DNA from: Somniosus microcephalus
Lineage: Eukaryota
Direction of reading: 5' to 3'
Length of the DNA: 64,000 bases
Assembly: GCA_052327205.1 (NCBI GenBank)
Contig: CM126219.1
Coordinates: 16,182,001 to 16,246,000 of the forward strand
Shown: positions 1 to 12,675 of the stretch, one piece after another
Layout: every line of letters begins with the position of its first letter
Numbering within the stretch: the stretch's first letter is position 1
Program-made: the position numbers and the translations under genes
Notes under the pieces: model-generated
Database searches by the model: none
Seen by the model: only the letters and a program-made list of their open reading frames with translations
What the model was told of the DNA's origin: nothing

Positions 1-28
1 GCCAGCCACCTGTGGTTGAAACGTAAGC

Positions 29-2001
29 TTATGCGAATCTGGCATAGATGAGTGCATCACTTGCCTGACGGCCAGCAGTGTGGCCTCCTGCTGCTGGATT
101 GGCCACATCTTGCCCCGCAAGGCATCGCTCGTTTTCCTCCTCAGAGGCTGTCTGCTGAGCCACTTGTTCATCCGGCAGCACTAAGCCACGCTGCTGTGCG
201 ATGTTGTGCAAGGCGCAGCAAACCATGATGATTCTGGATACCCTGGCTGGTGCATAATGCAAGGCTCCTCCAGATCTGTCTAGGCATTGGAAGTGCATTT
301 TGAGCAAGCCGATGGTTTGCTCGATGATGCTTCTGGTGGATATGTGACTCAAATTGTACTGCTCCTCGGCTTCGTTTGATGGCCTCCTCATCGGTGTCAT
401 AAGCCACTTCTTCAGGGGATAGTCCTTGTCGCCAAGACGCCATCTGGAAAGTTGGTTTGGTGGATAGAAGAGCTGAGGCACAGTAGACTGGCACAGGATG
501 AAGGAGTCATGGCAATTGACAGGGTACTTTGCGCAAACATGCAGGATGATCTTCCTGTGGTTATAGATCAGCTGGACATTCAGGGAGTGGAATCCCTTGC
601 TGTTGACAAGTACAGCTAGGTTGTGATAGGGGGCCCTAATGGCTACATGTGTGCAGTCTATAACGCCCTGCACCATTGGCAAGCCTGCAATATTGGCAAA
701 GCCAACTGCACGCGCTGTCACACTTGGGCCATCCGTGGAGAAGTGGATGTAATTGTGCGCCTTTGCAAAGAGGGCATCAGTGACCTGCGTGATGCAGGTG
801 TGTGCGGCCGACTGGGAGATGCCACTGATGTCTGCAGCTGATCTCTGGAAGGAGCCCGAAGCAAAGAAGATGAGTGCAGTGGTGACTTTACAGCAACGGG
901 TAAGGAGTGTCCACACGCTCCTCTGGGCTCCAGGTGTTGGTGCAGCATTGCGCAGATGTCAGCGACTACATCTCTCGAAAGACTCAGCCTCCTTTGGCAC
1001 TGCTGCTCTCTCATGCTGAGGAAGCTGATCCTCTGCCTGTAAACCCTGTGTTGGGATTATCTCCTGCAGCGAGGTGCAGCCCTGCGCTGAGGCTTCTGCC
1101 CTGTGCATCATCAGGTGGGTAAGGAGGAGGTTGGCCATCATGGTGCTGCTCATGGGTTTTGGACAAGAGATGCAGGGGGGATGTGAGGAAAAACTTTTTT
1201 ACACAGCGAGTGGTGATGACCTGGAATTCGCTGCCGACGGAAGTGGTGGAATCGGATACACTCAATATTTTCAAGGGGAGGCTGGATAGGCATTTGAGGG
1301 AAATAAACTTGCAGGGCTACGGGGATAGAGCGGGGGAATGGGACTGACTGGATTGCTCTGCAGAGAGCCGGCATGGACTCAATGGGCCGAATGGCCTCCT
1401 TCTGTGCCGTTATGACTCTATGGTGCTGCTGTTGTGGCTGGTTGTGGTGCTGCCACGGCTGCTCTTCCTCCAAATCTGACGACCAGGATGTGAGGATATA
1501 AATGTTTCCCATCCCGTAGCTATAGATTTCATTTGAGGCAAGAAGCTTGCAAGCGCACAGTCGAAGTGGCCTGAAATTATTCCAATCAGGTCACACTGCA
1601 GATGGCTGTCAGCTTGAACAGTCAAGGTCAGTAGATTTGCAAAATCTTATCCCAAACCTCCAACAACAAGGTTGTTGCATTTGAATGTCAGCCATGTTAC
1701 AGGAACGCTTTTAAAGTGCTGCACCAATGACTACAAATCATCTCCAGCAACTCGTCTCCTTGCAGCTGGCCTGTTTCTGACAAGACGGGAAACGAGCCAG
1801 AAGCACGAAAATGGGAAACCACTATCAAAATAGGATTAGCCAGGCAGCTAACTGCCTTAACTACCTGTTCCAGCTGGGTCAGTTTGAGAGCGGCTGACCC
1901 GACACTCACAAAAATCACATGGGGGCGGGTTGGCAGTCCGACGCTAATTTTTCCGATTTTCACTGCCGGCCCGCCTCCTCAGGGCTATTAAAATCGAGCC
2001 C
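29..2001 (-). mobile_element. PIF/Harbinger DNA transposon with a decayed HARBI1-like DDE transposase (continues beyond the left window edge)
   Basis: ORF 29..916 has Harbinger transposase motifs ([43 protein letters not shown]). The N-terminal part lies in shifted frames (718..1014), so it is frameshifted. The end AAAATCGAGCCC at ~1990-2001 resembles the termini of the other Harbinger elements in the window. Confidence 0.85.
1151..1419 (+). mobile_element. 5'-truncated CR1 LINE 3' end inserted into the Harbinger transposase
   Basis: CR1 ORF2 C-terminus (RKNFFTQRVV..WNSLP..FKGRLD) plus tail. Flanked by an 11-bp duplication ATGGTGCTGCT at 1140-1150 and 1420-1430. Confidence 0.9.
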
Positions 2002-2080
2002 AAGGTCATATGTGACCATCACAATGCAAAGTGTTATAACATCCGCAGGGAACCAAAACATAAGCAAATTCTAAGCATCA

Positions 2081-2566
2081 AGGTTCACCAGACTGGTTCC
2101 TGGGATGGGGGGATTGTCCTATGAGGAGAGATTGAGTAGACTAGGCCTATATTCTCTCAAGTTTAGAAGAATGAGAGGTGATCTCATTGAAACATACAAA
2201 ATTCTTACAGGGCTTGACAGGGTAGATGCAGGGAGGACGTTTCCCCTGGCTGGGGAGTCTAGAACCAGGGGTCACAGTCTCCGAATAAGGGGTCGGCAAT
2301 TTAGGACTGAGATGAGGAGAAATTTCTTCACTTAGAGGGTGGTGAATCTTTGGAATTCTCTACCCCAGAGAGCTGTGGAGGCTCAGTCGTTGAGTATATT
2401 CAAGACAGAGATCGATAGATTTTTGAATATTAAGGGAATCGAGGGATATGGGGATCAGGCAGGAAAATGGAGATGAGGTAGAAGATCAGCCATGATCTTA
2501 TTGAATGGCGGAGCAGGTTCGAAGGGCCAAATGGCCGACTCCTGCTCCTATTTCTTATGTTCTTAT
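2081..2566 (+). mobile_element. CR1 LINE 3' fragment
   Basis: LSYEERLSRLGLYSL..RRMRGDLIETYKIL peptide; 3' UTR ending in TTCTTATG repeats. Confidence 0.92.
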
Positions 2567-3603
2567 CTATCCAGTTATTCTAACACCAGTCTGAAGAGAC
2601 TATTTGTCTCAAGTTCTAATACCATCATGTAAACACAGCATTATTCGCGTCACAATTTTATCCGCATAACCATATACATTTTGGACATCACTGATTTCTA
2701 CCATGACTAAGTGGAACTTAGTGCAGGTTACTATACAAAGGTGATCCAGATAAATGACACTTTTTGAATAAAACATTTTTTATGAAAGTGGTGGAAAAGT
2801 GAGCTCGCACAGATAACCAGGCTTTCCCTCTTTCCATCCATCAGTAAATGGTCGAAAGTAACGAAGTTGGCTCATTGCTCTATGGATGATGCAGTAATAG
2901 AAATTGCTTGGTAACTATTCTACTTCGATGTGACCTTTCCTACCAAACAAGTGCCCAAAATTGAAACCAGTAGTGGGGAAGATTGGCTTTCTATTATTTC
3001 TGTTCTGTACATTATAGCGCGGTGGTGATCAACCTACGTCATACACACTGAAAATGGTGTATATGGTCAGTTGAAAAATAATGCCCTAGTAGACTAGGAA
3101 AAATTCTTGATTGTGCCCACAGTATCCAGTGGCAGCCTGTCATGCCATATCAGAACATGATTAAATGAAGCTTGCATGTTTCTATGCAGCAAACTACTCA
3201 CGACTTCTTAGAATGGGAATTTTAATTAAATGGAAGCGGAAACTACAGGAGAAATTCTGCAACTGAAGTTGGCATGCAGCAACCTAATAAGTCTACATTT
3301 TGTCATTTTATGGCATTCATACTCCTAAAAGATTCACCATCTGTGAAATGTAGTGGTTGAATTCTATCCTGCCAAATTAATTTCACTTCACTAAATGAGC
3401 CATCATAGTAACTACCCTGTGGCAGTTTTTGAAAAATATAATTGTGTACAAAGCTGGGTACTGATGCCCAGTGTCAGAAGACCCACAATTATGCTTTAAT
3501 GAAATCCCGTTGATATGCCTGGATGTTGTGAATTAAGAACGTCACAAAGGGTGTGCAGTACATAGCATTAATTGCATCTTCTTCTTGAATCATGTGGGTA
3601 CCA

Positions 3604-5456
3604 CAGACATGCCAACTCTTGCGAATTTATCATGAGAGATGCGATTTCGAAGTAAAATTAAGCCTCATGATCTCGCAAAAGAACCGCCAAATCTCGCGAT
3701 TTTTAAAGAGCTCCCCTGCAAAGCTGGTCGTGCACACCTTCAGATGTCAGTCATCGGTTAGTGACGGCCGAATGCGTCCGGGGGCAAAGGTCAGGAAATG
3801 CACTTCTTGTCTGGGAGCAAAGGTTGGGGAAGCACCAGCTTTTCTGTTCATGGAGGATAGTGGATAATCCCAGGGTCCAGGAGCTGCTGCTCACAGCAGT
3901 CGGGAAGGAGGCGGGACTACAACTTTCGGGTTTTAGCCCCGCCTCCATGGACGTCCGGCCAATCCACGCGATTTTCCCTTGATTGACCTTGTTAAGTCCG
4001 CCCAGCAGGCCAATTAAGGGCCACCCGGCAACAGGTGACATCACAGACTGAAATTTCATCTGTCAAGAGTTTTTGACAGATGATATATCAGTGTTTCACA
4101 GCTGTTTAAAGCTGTCAAACACTGACAGTCTGACTTCTAACCTGAGTCCTTCTATGCAGACTCAGTTAGAACTCTCACTGACAGTGAAAGCTGAAGGCTG
4201 TCACTTTTGACAGCTCGCAGCCATTCAGCTTTCAGTGCCAGCTGAGTGATGGACTCCCAACGCCTAGAGGAAGAAAGGCTTTTAAGGTAAGTACAGGTAA
4301 TTTAAACTTCTTTACACACTTTAGACACACCAAACACACTTACACACTTACCTTTGCACTCATGCACCCATCACTCACCTGAACACCGACATCGCGACCC
4401 CTCCAAGTCCTTCAACCCGACGGCCCGCCTGCTCTAACCTGGCGTGGTTTGGAGCCATCGGGAATCCCACACGACACCCCTCAAAATAGGGATTAGGCTA
4501 AAAACTGCCTGTTAACTACCTGTTAACAGGCAGTTAATTGGCACTAATCCCTTCCCACCTCAGGTCGGCGGGTCCCAGTGCGGGGCGGGTACCCGCTTAC
4601 TTTGAAACTTACGTGGTGGCGGGATGGTGTCGGGACCCCCGAATTTGGGATTTTAGCCCCCCGCACGCCTAAAAGCCCGCCTCACGGCACACTGAAAATC
4701 TGGCCCCAAGTATTTTTCCCCCTTCTCTCTCCTCAAGACAGTCAGGGCGCGGAGACAGTTGAATTGCTGCGATTTTTCAAAAGCGGTTCCTGGCTCAACC
4801 TAAATATACCACACACCTTATTAGCATATGCACATGTCAATCAGAGCCGCTACCACAACAACCCTGCAAAAGAAACTATCTGTGCATGCATGCAACCAGC
4901 ACCCACTTTGTAGCTCAACCAACTCCAAATTAAGTTTAATTGCACTGGCTTCAATCAATTTGTAATTTTATTTTCTTTCTTTGAAATGACAGCGATGGGG
5001 GTAATCACTAATTAATTAATATAGATTACCCATTTACAATTATCAAAGAAATCACAAGTGAACCAGACTGGATTTACTAGGAACAAAACCACTTGTGTAC
5101 ATTTGTGTTTTAGAACATTTTTCAATTAAATCAAATAAAGGTTGAATGAACCACGTGTAATAGCATAAGCATTACTGCTATTTTACTAAAAATGAAAAAC
5201 ACTGGTTGCCCCCGTGTTATCAAACAAAAAAAACCAATTTTATACATGCCCGCCGTTTTTAAGGGACACAACTTACAGCAATAAAGGAACGTAAACGATT
5301 GCAGTAAATAAGCCACTACTGAGGTTTATAAACCAACTGTCAATCTGTATTGGTTTATGTTTGGAAAGAAATAGCAACTCATGATTTTTATACTAAATCT
5401 CTTGATTTTTAAGAGTTTGTCTCTTGATTTATGAGACAGTGGGCTTGGCATTACTG
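3604..5456. mobile_element. Probable non-autonomous hAT-like DNA element hosting a Harbinger MITE
   Basis: Imperfect TIRs CAGACATGCCAAC / CTTGGCATTACTG, GTACCA on both flanks, and repeated subterminal motifs (ATCTCGCGATTT, CTCATGAT, TCTCTTGATTT) near both ends. Confidence 0.5.
3896..4706. mobile_element. Harbinger-type MITE, copy 1 (one terminus missing), inverted relative to 26290-27119
   Basis: Aligns by eye as the reverse complement of 26290-27100; terminus TGAAAATCTGGCCC. Confidence 0.88.
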
Positions 5457-6419
5457 GTACCAGTGTTCTAAGTATGCCTAGTGACAACAATGCCAGACTA
5501 GATTTTGAAGATATTGAAAAAGCAGTAATGAAACTCGACTGTACACTAAAGAATGATGAACATAAACAAGAAATACTGATGCCCTATCTTGATATTTATT
5601 ACTGTTATATTTAATCGCATTTGCTGTGAGAATATTTTGGTGGAAGTAAGGCAGTACTGAAGTTCCCTGAAAAGCATACATCTGCGAACAATCCAAGCCT
5701 TTATAATAATTTGCATGATAATCTTTTTTTCTTTGTCTCCTTTCTGTTTTCTTTTTTCTATGCCACAATGCTGTGTAACTAGCAGTGGCAACTTAGAAAA
5801 AAACATTCTGCGTTTGGAGAGCACCCATTGCCAGCACATTAATCAACTTCGCATCCATTGACATGAAATTTATCAACAAATTGCTGAAGGGTGCTTTATT
5901 TTTGCTGCCCCTGTTTCTTTCTCCTCCATTTTCCCGCCAACATCTTGGTGAGGAATAGAAAATGCAACAGATGCAAAGATATTTAAATAAATGGAAGTGA
6001 AGAAAATCTGTAGAGACCTGATTTGATTTAATAGCTACCATGATGGTTTTTTCTTAAATTGGCTGTCTCCTGCACCAAGCCGATAAATTAGATGGAAAAT
6101 AAGTTTTTTGTAAAATAAAATCTGGTGCAGACTTCCTTCAGGTATTCTAAGCACATTGATAAGCAAACGCTGTCACCTGTGACGTCCCTCTTCTAACAGT
6201 ATCTATCTATCTATATATATAAAGCGATGCTTCTGTCCTTCTGTCTGTCCTTCTGTCTGTCATCACGTGTGCGTCTGTCGGGCTATGCGCTCGAAAGTTA
6301 CAGGGCGTACCTACGCGTGCGTTACGTCGAAAGAAAGCTTACCTTTCCAAAACGGTTTTAAGCGTATTTACGTTTCGGCCGGGCTAAAATCGCGCCCGCG
6401 GTATCCGAAAAACCTTAAC

Positions 6420-6559
6420 ATTCCACTCATTAGCATCTCATTATCCGCTCATTAGCGACAGAGTGACCTCGAGCTCGACCAATCGTACGCCGGGTTGCTG
6501 GCGTGTGCCGCCGGGCCAATCAGTGCGTGTGTGGGCGGGCCTTATCGTTCTGAACCGAG
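6420..6559 (+). other. NFYA: Probable non-coding exon 1 of NFYA (start approximate)
   Basis: Strong donor GAG|GTGAGT after 6559 inside the CpG island. The ATG exon begins with an acceptor at 16351, so an upstream UTR exon is required. Confidence 0.6.
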
Positions 6560-7039
6560 GTGAGTCGCCGCCATCTTGATTCCAAACTTTTCCTTTCTTT
6601 TTCCCGCTTTCTGCGTCTTTAAAAAAAACGTTGCTTTTAAAACACATATTGTTTAAAAAAAAAATGATTTAGAAAGTAATTAACTTATCTAATCTCATTA
6701 ATTTTCCTACCTTTCCCCGTTTTTCCAGGTAGGCCTCGAAGCCTCGGCCTCTCCTCCGCACCCACGCCCGAGCTAGGCACCTCCCGGCCCCACTCGAAGG
6801 CTGGAGGGGCGGGCCTCAGCCCAGCGCCGCTACCTTACTAAAGGGTGCGCGCGCAGCAGGAGCAGCTGAGACGCGGCGTCTCTCTCTCTCTGGCTCGGCC
6901 GGGGGGCGGGGCTTGGTGAGCGTCAACGGTTACCCTGGCAACCGGGCCCACCGGCCGTCTCGCACAGCCGCAATCTTGAAGCCAGCTCGGGAGGCCGGTG
7001 CTCGGAAGATCGCGCCTCCGGAGTTCGGTGCTTGGCTGG

Positions 7040-7333
7040 TTGGGGGGGGCGAGTCTCGGGGGGGCCAACCTCGGGAGTTCGGGGGGTGGGGATCAGGGGG
7101 CTCGGGAGTTTGGGGGGACGGGGATCAGGGGGCTCGGGGACTCTCCCCCTCCCCTCCCTCCTCTCCCCCCCCCCTCCTCTCTCCTCCTGCCTCTCTCCCC
7201 CTCCCCTCCCCTCCCTCCCTCCCCTCCCTCTCTTCCCCCTCCCCCCTCCCCTCCCTCTCTTCCCCCCAGTCGCTCTCTCTCTTCCCCCCAGTCGCTCTCT
7301 CTCTTCCCCCCAGTCGCTCTCTCTCTCTCTTCC
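7040..7333. repeat. G-rich then C/T-rich low-complexity tract with 3x 22-bp tandem CTTCCCCCCAGTCGCTCTCTCT
   Basis: Direct reading; tandem units at ~7259-7324. Confidence 0.9.
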
Positions 7334-8049
7334 AACAACAACAACATGCCCTCGAAAAAGCCTCGGCACCGCCGAGCACTTCAGCTAGTATCCCTATAAA
7401 AGTCTTGCATCTAATGCAATCACCACACCGCAAAGTCTCGTACCTCAAAGTGCACGTCACATTTCCAACTGGTTGGTTTAAATGTTTTTGTTAAATAGGA
7501 ACGAACGACAAGTGAATAGGTGCTGAGTGTACCAACAAATGAGTAACAGAAACATTGACGCAAACTAGCAGTCAGCCAACTGCTACCAGTAATGATTAAA
7601 AATGAATAACAATTACAATACTCTCTTTTAGGGGGAAATTGTTTCAACTGCACTCTTAATTTATTAATTACCCAAGCCTCTATATTAATATTTGTAAAAT
7701 GTTAGATCAGCTTGTGTTCTTGCAGCTGGTTGGTTTAAATTTCATATTCATACATGAATGACAAATCCGAACTCCTGTGAGAGCTTTTTCTTCATTCTTA
7801 TTTACAAACCTTTCTGTTTCTCTTTGAGCACTGAGGAAAATTACCCATCAAATCACTGGGGGGAAAAAAATTGGCCACAGCAAATCAAAATCTCGGAACT
7901 AATATATCCTCTTTCCTTTCCTCCCTCTTTATTAAACAACTTGTCCCCAGTGATTTCAGTCTCCATCTCGGCTTCCCTTATCCTGTCTGTTTCATTTTAC
8001 CATCCTCCTGTGCTCCCTAAACCTCTTCCATATAAACTCTATGACCCAT

Positions 8050-9320
8050 ATTCTTGGCTGCCGCCTTGATCTTGCATCTCCCATGGCTTCTCGATTACTG
8101 ACGTGCCATCTCTGATCACTTCCTTATATATCTTCCCACCTGTATCCTCTCCCCGCCCCCCCCCAATACCTTCCAACCCCATTTCCTTCTATGTCCGCCC
8201 CTGATAAAACTCCCCTAAGTTGTTTACCATTTGCAGCTCTATTTGTTCAGCCCCTTCTTCACTGTCTATTTCCAGTTGTTGCCCTCTATTGAGGCACTGA
8301 CAATGCCCCCCACTCCCTCCTTTTCAAAACTGCTGACATCACTACTTCCTCAAAAAAACAACCCTCTGTCCTTGGAGACTAGCACACCATCTCCAAATCC
8401 ATTTATTCTCCAAAGATCCCACAACTCCGATTAAATCTCTCCAATTTGGTTTCTGCCCCTCCAACCGCAACAAAATGGTTCTAACTAAAGTTACAAACAG
8501 CATTCCCTGTGACTGACCGTGGTGCATTATTCCTCCTCGACCTTTCTGCGGCCTTTGCCACAGTCAACCATGCTATCCTCCTAGAATGCCATTCCTCCAT
8601 TGTCCAGCTTGATGGGACTGCCTTCGTTTGATTCCACTCTTACTTATCCAATTAGAGCCAAATGATCTTTACCAATAGTTTCTCTTCACACCTATGAACC
8701 GTCATCTCGGGAGTTCCCCAAGGAGCCATTTTTAAACCCCGCCCTTTCCTCATTTACATGCTGCTCCTTGACAACATCATCCACAGATGGTCAGCATCCA
8801 CATGTATGATGACACCAAGCTATACCAGATTGCTTGTCCAACATCGTCCTGGATAAGCCGCAGTTTCCTACAGCTAAACATTGGGAAAACAGAAGCTGTC
8901 TTCTTCAGTCTCCACCACAAAATCTGTGCCCTCGCCACTGTCTCAAGTTGAACCAGACTGTTCACAACCATGGCCTCTTAGTCAACATCAAGCTGAGCTT
9001 CTAACTCCCCTATCCATCACAAAGACTGCCTCCATTCACCTCTGCGACATCACCTGCACCACCTCCTCTCATCCCACCTATTGTTGAAACTCTCATCCAT
9101 TAAACTTGGTGACTCCAATGCTCTTCTCGCGTCCTCCGCCTTCCATAAACCTCAGCCCAACCAGAATGCCACTGCCTGTATCCTATCCAGTACCAGGCCA
9201 CGCTCGGCCATTATCCCTGTCGTCACTGATCTATTTTGGCTCCTGGCCCCATACGCCTCATTTTAAATCCTCATTCTTGTGTTTAAATCCCTTTATGGCC
9301 TTACCCCTCCCTCTGCTCCA
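8050..9320 (+). mobile_element. Old degenerate L2-type LINE fragment (RT region)
   Basis: Broken RT motifs (LLDLSAAF.TV.H, SGVPQG, YDDT, LQLNIGKTE) with many stops and indels. Confidence 0.7.
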
Positions 9321-10828
9321 GTGGTGCAATCCCCCCTCCCCCCATCTGCATGACCAAAGCCACTTGATCAACTTACCGTTTAACAGACTATATATTCCTG
9401 GTCATAATACTAATGTGTGTTTATATGTGTATTTATTTATTCATTCAATAATTATCAATTTCCTATGGTGTTACACACTGAGCCGTGACCAGCTGAATTT
9501 GGGTTAAGAGAGTAGGAGATAATTAGACCAGGCAAATAATTCAATCCCCATTTTAAAGTCATACATTTTGACCTTATTTTTATATTATTTATAGTTAAAA
9601 AGAATGATTAGCAGGAATTTGGGAAGCAAAAGTAGAGTTGGTTGGAGCATAGAATTTATTCTGCAGTAGAGGTTGAGGAGAGGGGAAGTGTGTGCAAAAC
9701 TGAGGTGCTACAGTGCCACCATTGAGAGGAGGGTATAATTACATGGTAACAATCTGAACAAGGCACTTTCCATTATAAATTTATAATGGGAAAAGTTGAC
9801 AGAAGTGTGACAGAAATATGATAACAGGAAGTAAAATTTCGTAGACAGCTGGTGCGTACAAACCTAAGATCTTTAATATGTCATAGACGATTATAAAATG
9901 ACAATACTCTAATTTACTTTGAGCAGTGGGACAGCAGATCTGTAGGTATTATAGTTTATAAAAATTGGCCAATGTCTTGGCCAAAGCAGATGAAGAGGTG
10001 CTGCAGTTGGCCTCGGCACCTGTGAGCAAGGGAAGGATAAAATCAGATAAGGTTCCCATTCCTGACCACTGTCCAGTGACTCGTACTGGAAAGTTCATAT
10101 ACATATGTAGATGATCTGGTGCGGACCAGATAAAGTTCAGTTGTGACACACCCCACTTGGAAAATGGTATGTGCGTAATATACCAGGCGACACCTATTGA
10201 GTATCAGCCAAGATGGGATAAAGGGAGAACATTGTGAGGGGGGGAGCAGATAGTTTGAGCGATCACTCTGTCTGTTAATGTGCTAATTCTGCTGAATTCT
10301 GCTGCAAAGGCAGCCTTGCTGCCTGATCAGTGTCTCCAGTTTACCTGAATAGTTTTTTTTAAAGATGGAGCCAAGGTTTGAAACCTTGCGAACACCCCAC
10401 AAGAGTGAACTATTAGTAGGCCTCTTGCCTCACAGACTGAGTTAGTTGTACCTGCTGTTACTAATGTCCTTAATTTTATATAAAGTGTTTACATGAAATA
10501 TGCAATATATATATATAGCAGTCTGACCTATAAATTGTACATCTAAGCCAGTTTGAAATGTTATGGGTCTCATTCCGGAACAATAAACCATTGCTATTTC
10601 AGGATAGAAAATATACATACATGATGCTTACAGTGCAAATGGTGATTTAAAAATAGTGGTGATTTCATGCGGTCCAAATGTCCATTCTGTTCCTTCCATG
10701 TAGCATTTATCCAGTGCGTCCAATCGCTAGTTGAACTGCCAATGTATTTCTGCCAATGGAAGTGCCATATTGAATAGTAGAAGCACTGTACTTCTAAATA
10801 TTGGTAGAAATAGGTAGTGAATCAGGGA

Positions 10829-10910
10829 TAACAGAAAATGCTGGAAATACTCAGCAGGCCAGGCAGCATCTGTGGAGAGAGAGAAACAGAGTTAACGTTT
10901 CCGGTCTGGG
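10829..10910 (-). mobile_element. Penelope-like terminal-repeat fragment
   Basis: Matches the repeat at 36540-36640. 13-bp TSD AGTGAATCAGGGA at 10816-10828 and 10911-10923. Confidence 0.8.
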
Positions 10911-11495
10911 AGTGAATCAGGGAGTTTTTTTTAAATAACACACTGGGCTAAAAATTTTAAATATTTTACTGGGTCTCTATTGTGAAGCAATTTCTAGGTC
11001 CTCAGAGCTATGCAGAGTTCCCTCATGTGTTAGGAAGTAAGTACTACAACAGCCTTAAAAATGTCACCGTTTTGTAAATTTATATATTTGTCATTTCTAA
11101 CGATCTTAAACATAATTAAAATTGTCCCTTTTGGAATTAATACTTCAATAAAGTTGCAGTAAACATTGTATCTTTTGTCTCCACTTCCTCTCTACCCCCT
11201 CGTCCAACAGTTTACAAACTGGTTCAGTTAGGGAACATTATTTTGAAGGGAGGGTGTGCTAATATTTCTAGTACAGCTTTCATTGGATGTGTAATAAATC
11301 TGGGAGTCACGAGTTGAAAATTTAATGTAGACACCATTGTGGCCTACTTCCATTGCTCTCAGTCCATTTTCCATTTCTTCAAACTCTATTTTGCTTTGCC
11401 CTGATGTGGTAGTCCATCCCCTACTGGCTATAATTGTAATTGGAACATTGAGGCTTTTCTAACCAATAGCAGCAAAGTTTGGAAGGTGATAGATA

Positions 11496-12138
11496 CCGTG
11501 GAACCCGCTTAATCACAGCCGCTCGAGACAACCTCACAAATTGCGATGAAGCAGCAAAAGCAACAAAAACCAAGGCTGGTTTGGTGCTTGACAACCTGGT
11601 GCTTGACAATCTATTATTTACCTTAATTTCGTACATCTTGCAACAATGGTGGATACAGTATAACTTTTTTTTTAAAGAGGAAAATGCTTGTGAATTTTTT
11701 ATGCTGCAAAGAATATTGTGAAACCTCTGAATTCTGGAAACCTGAGATTCAGAAATGTCATGTTTTTGTGCGACTAGCTTTTGAATCTTCAATTCCTCAA
11801 AACTGAAACATCCACGTGCTCACGCAGTGACGAGTTATGGTGCTACTTTTGCTGAACAATTTGGAAATTCGACTTCCATTCCTCCCTTGCCCACACAACA
11901 CTAACAAACAGGTGGAAACCAGGTCAAGCCAGTTCAAACTGGTATGTTGACCAACAAACCCAGATTGGGAGGTGAAAGCCTCATTTCAAAGGTGACCAGC
12001 AGGATTTCGGCGCACCACAGTTGCATATAAGCAGGAATTGCAATAAAGAGAACTTTACACAATTGGAAGTATAGGGGGAAAACGGAACTTTAGAAACTTG
12101 CGTTAAAACGGGAGTTGAAAATAAGTGGGTATGACTGT
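11496..12138 (-). mobile_element. Tigger/pogo-like DNA transposon remnant
   Basis: Termini TA-CCGTGGAACCCGCTTAA and ATAAGTGGGTATGACTG-TA (right end split by a Penelope-like insertion). Minus-strand peptide VAQKHDISESQVSRI resembles a CENP-B/psq-type HTH. Confidence 0.55.
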
Positions 12139-12675
12139 CATTTTAATTCACCGCCCCACTCCCACTCGGACCTCACCGTCCTTGGCCTCTTGCATTGTTC
12201 CACGGAAGCTCAACGTAAGCTCGAGGAACAGCACCTCATCTTCCGATTAGGCACTTTACAGCCTTCCGGACTCAATATCGAGTTCAACAATTTCAGATCA
12301 TAACCTCGGCCCCTATTACATTTTTACTTATATTTTTTATCCACCCCTTTGTTTTGGTTTTTCCCTTTCTCCCCCCCCCCCTTTCCTTTTTTTTTCTGTC
12401 CCACATGGCAGCTGTCTCCCATTCTGCCAGCGCATTTCACACCTAATCTAGAGCCGTCTTTTGTCTCCACTAGTCCTATCACCATCTCGTCTCGTTTTGA
12501 ATACCTCTTAATGTCTCTTCTCTTTTGTTCTCTCCCAGCCCGGCCTCTTAATCTATTTCATTCCCTGTGCCTCTTTAGTCTTGATAAAGGGTTTTGACCC
12601 GAAACGTTGACTCTAATTTCTCTCCACGGATGTTGCCTGGCCTGCTGAGTTTTTCCAGCATTTTCTGTTGTTATT
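12139..12675 (+). mobile_element. 5'-truncated Penelope-like retroelement (GIY-YIG C-terminus plus terminal repeat)
   Basis: HFNSPPHS..RKLEEQHLIFRLGTLQPSGLNIEF peptide; 9-bp TSD TATGACTGT at 12130-12138 and 12676-12684. Confidence 0.85.

Larger units (their letters stand above)
6260..7440 (+). promoter_or_regulatory. NFYA: CpG island / NFYA promoter
   Basis: Sharp CpG/GC enrichment. CCAAT boxes GACCAATCG (6479-6483) and GGCCAATCA (6516-6520), a GC box near 6533, YY1-type GCCGCCATCTTG (6567-6578) and X-box GTTACCCTGGCAAC (6929-6942). Confidence 0.85.

Noticed and set aside
29-916. Domesticated HARBI1 host gene
   Set aside because: Frameshifted, interrupted by a CR1 and bounded by a transposon-like terminus, so it is a decayed transposon.
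2570-6260. OARD1 exons expected from mammalian synteny
   Set aside because: No macro-domain-like peptide was recognised in the minus-strand translations.
7259-7324. CRISPR-like repeat array
   Set aside because: Head-to-tail 22-bp minisatellite without spacers, in vertebrate DNA.
6913-7494. Several overlapping 110-190 aa ORFs on both strands
   Set aside because: Products of stop-poor low-complexity G/C tracts in the CpG island; no recognisable protein.
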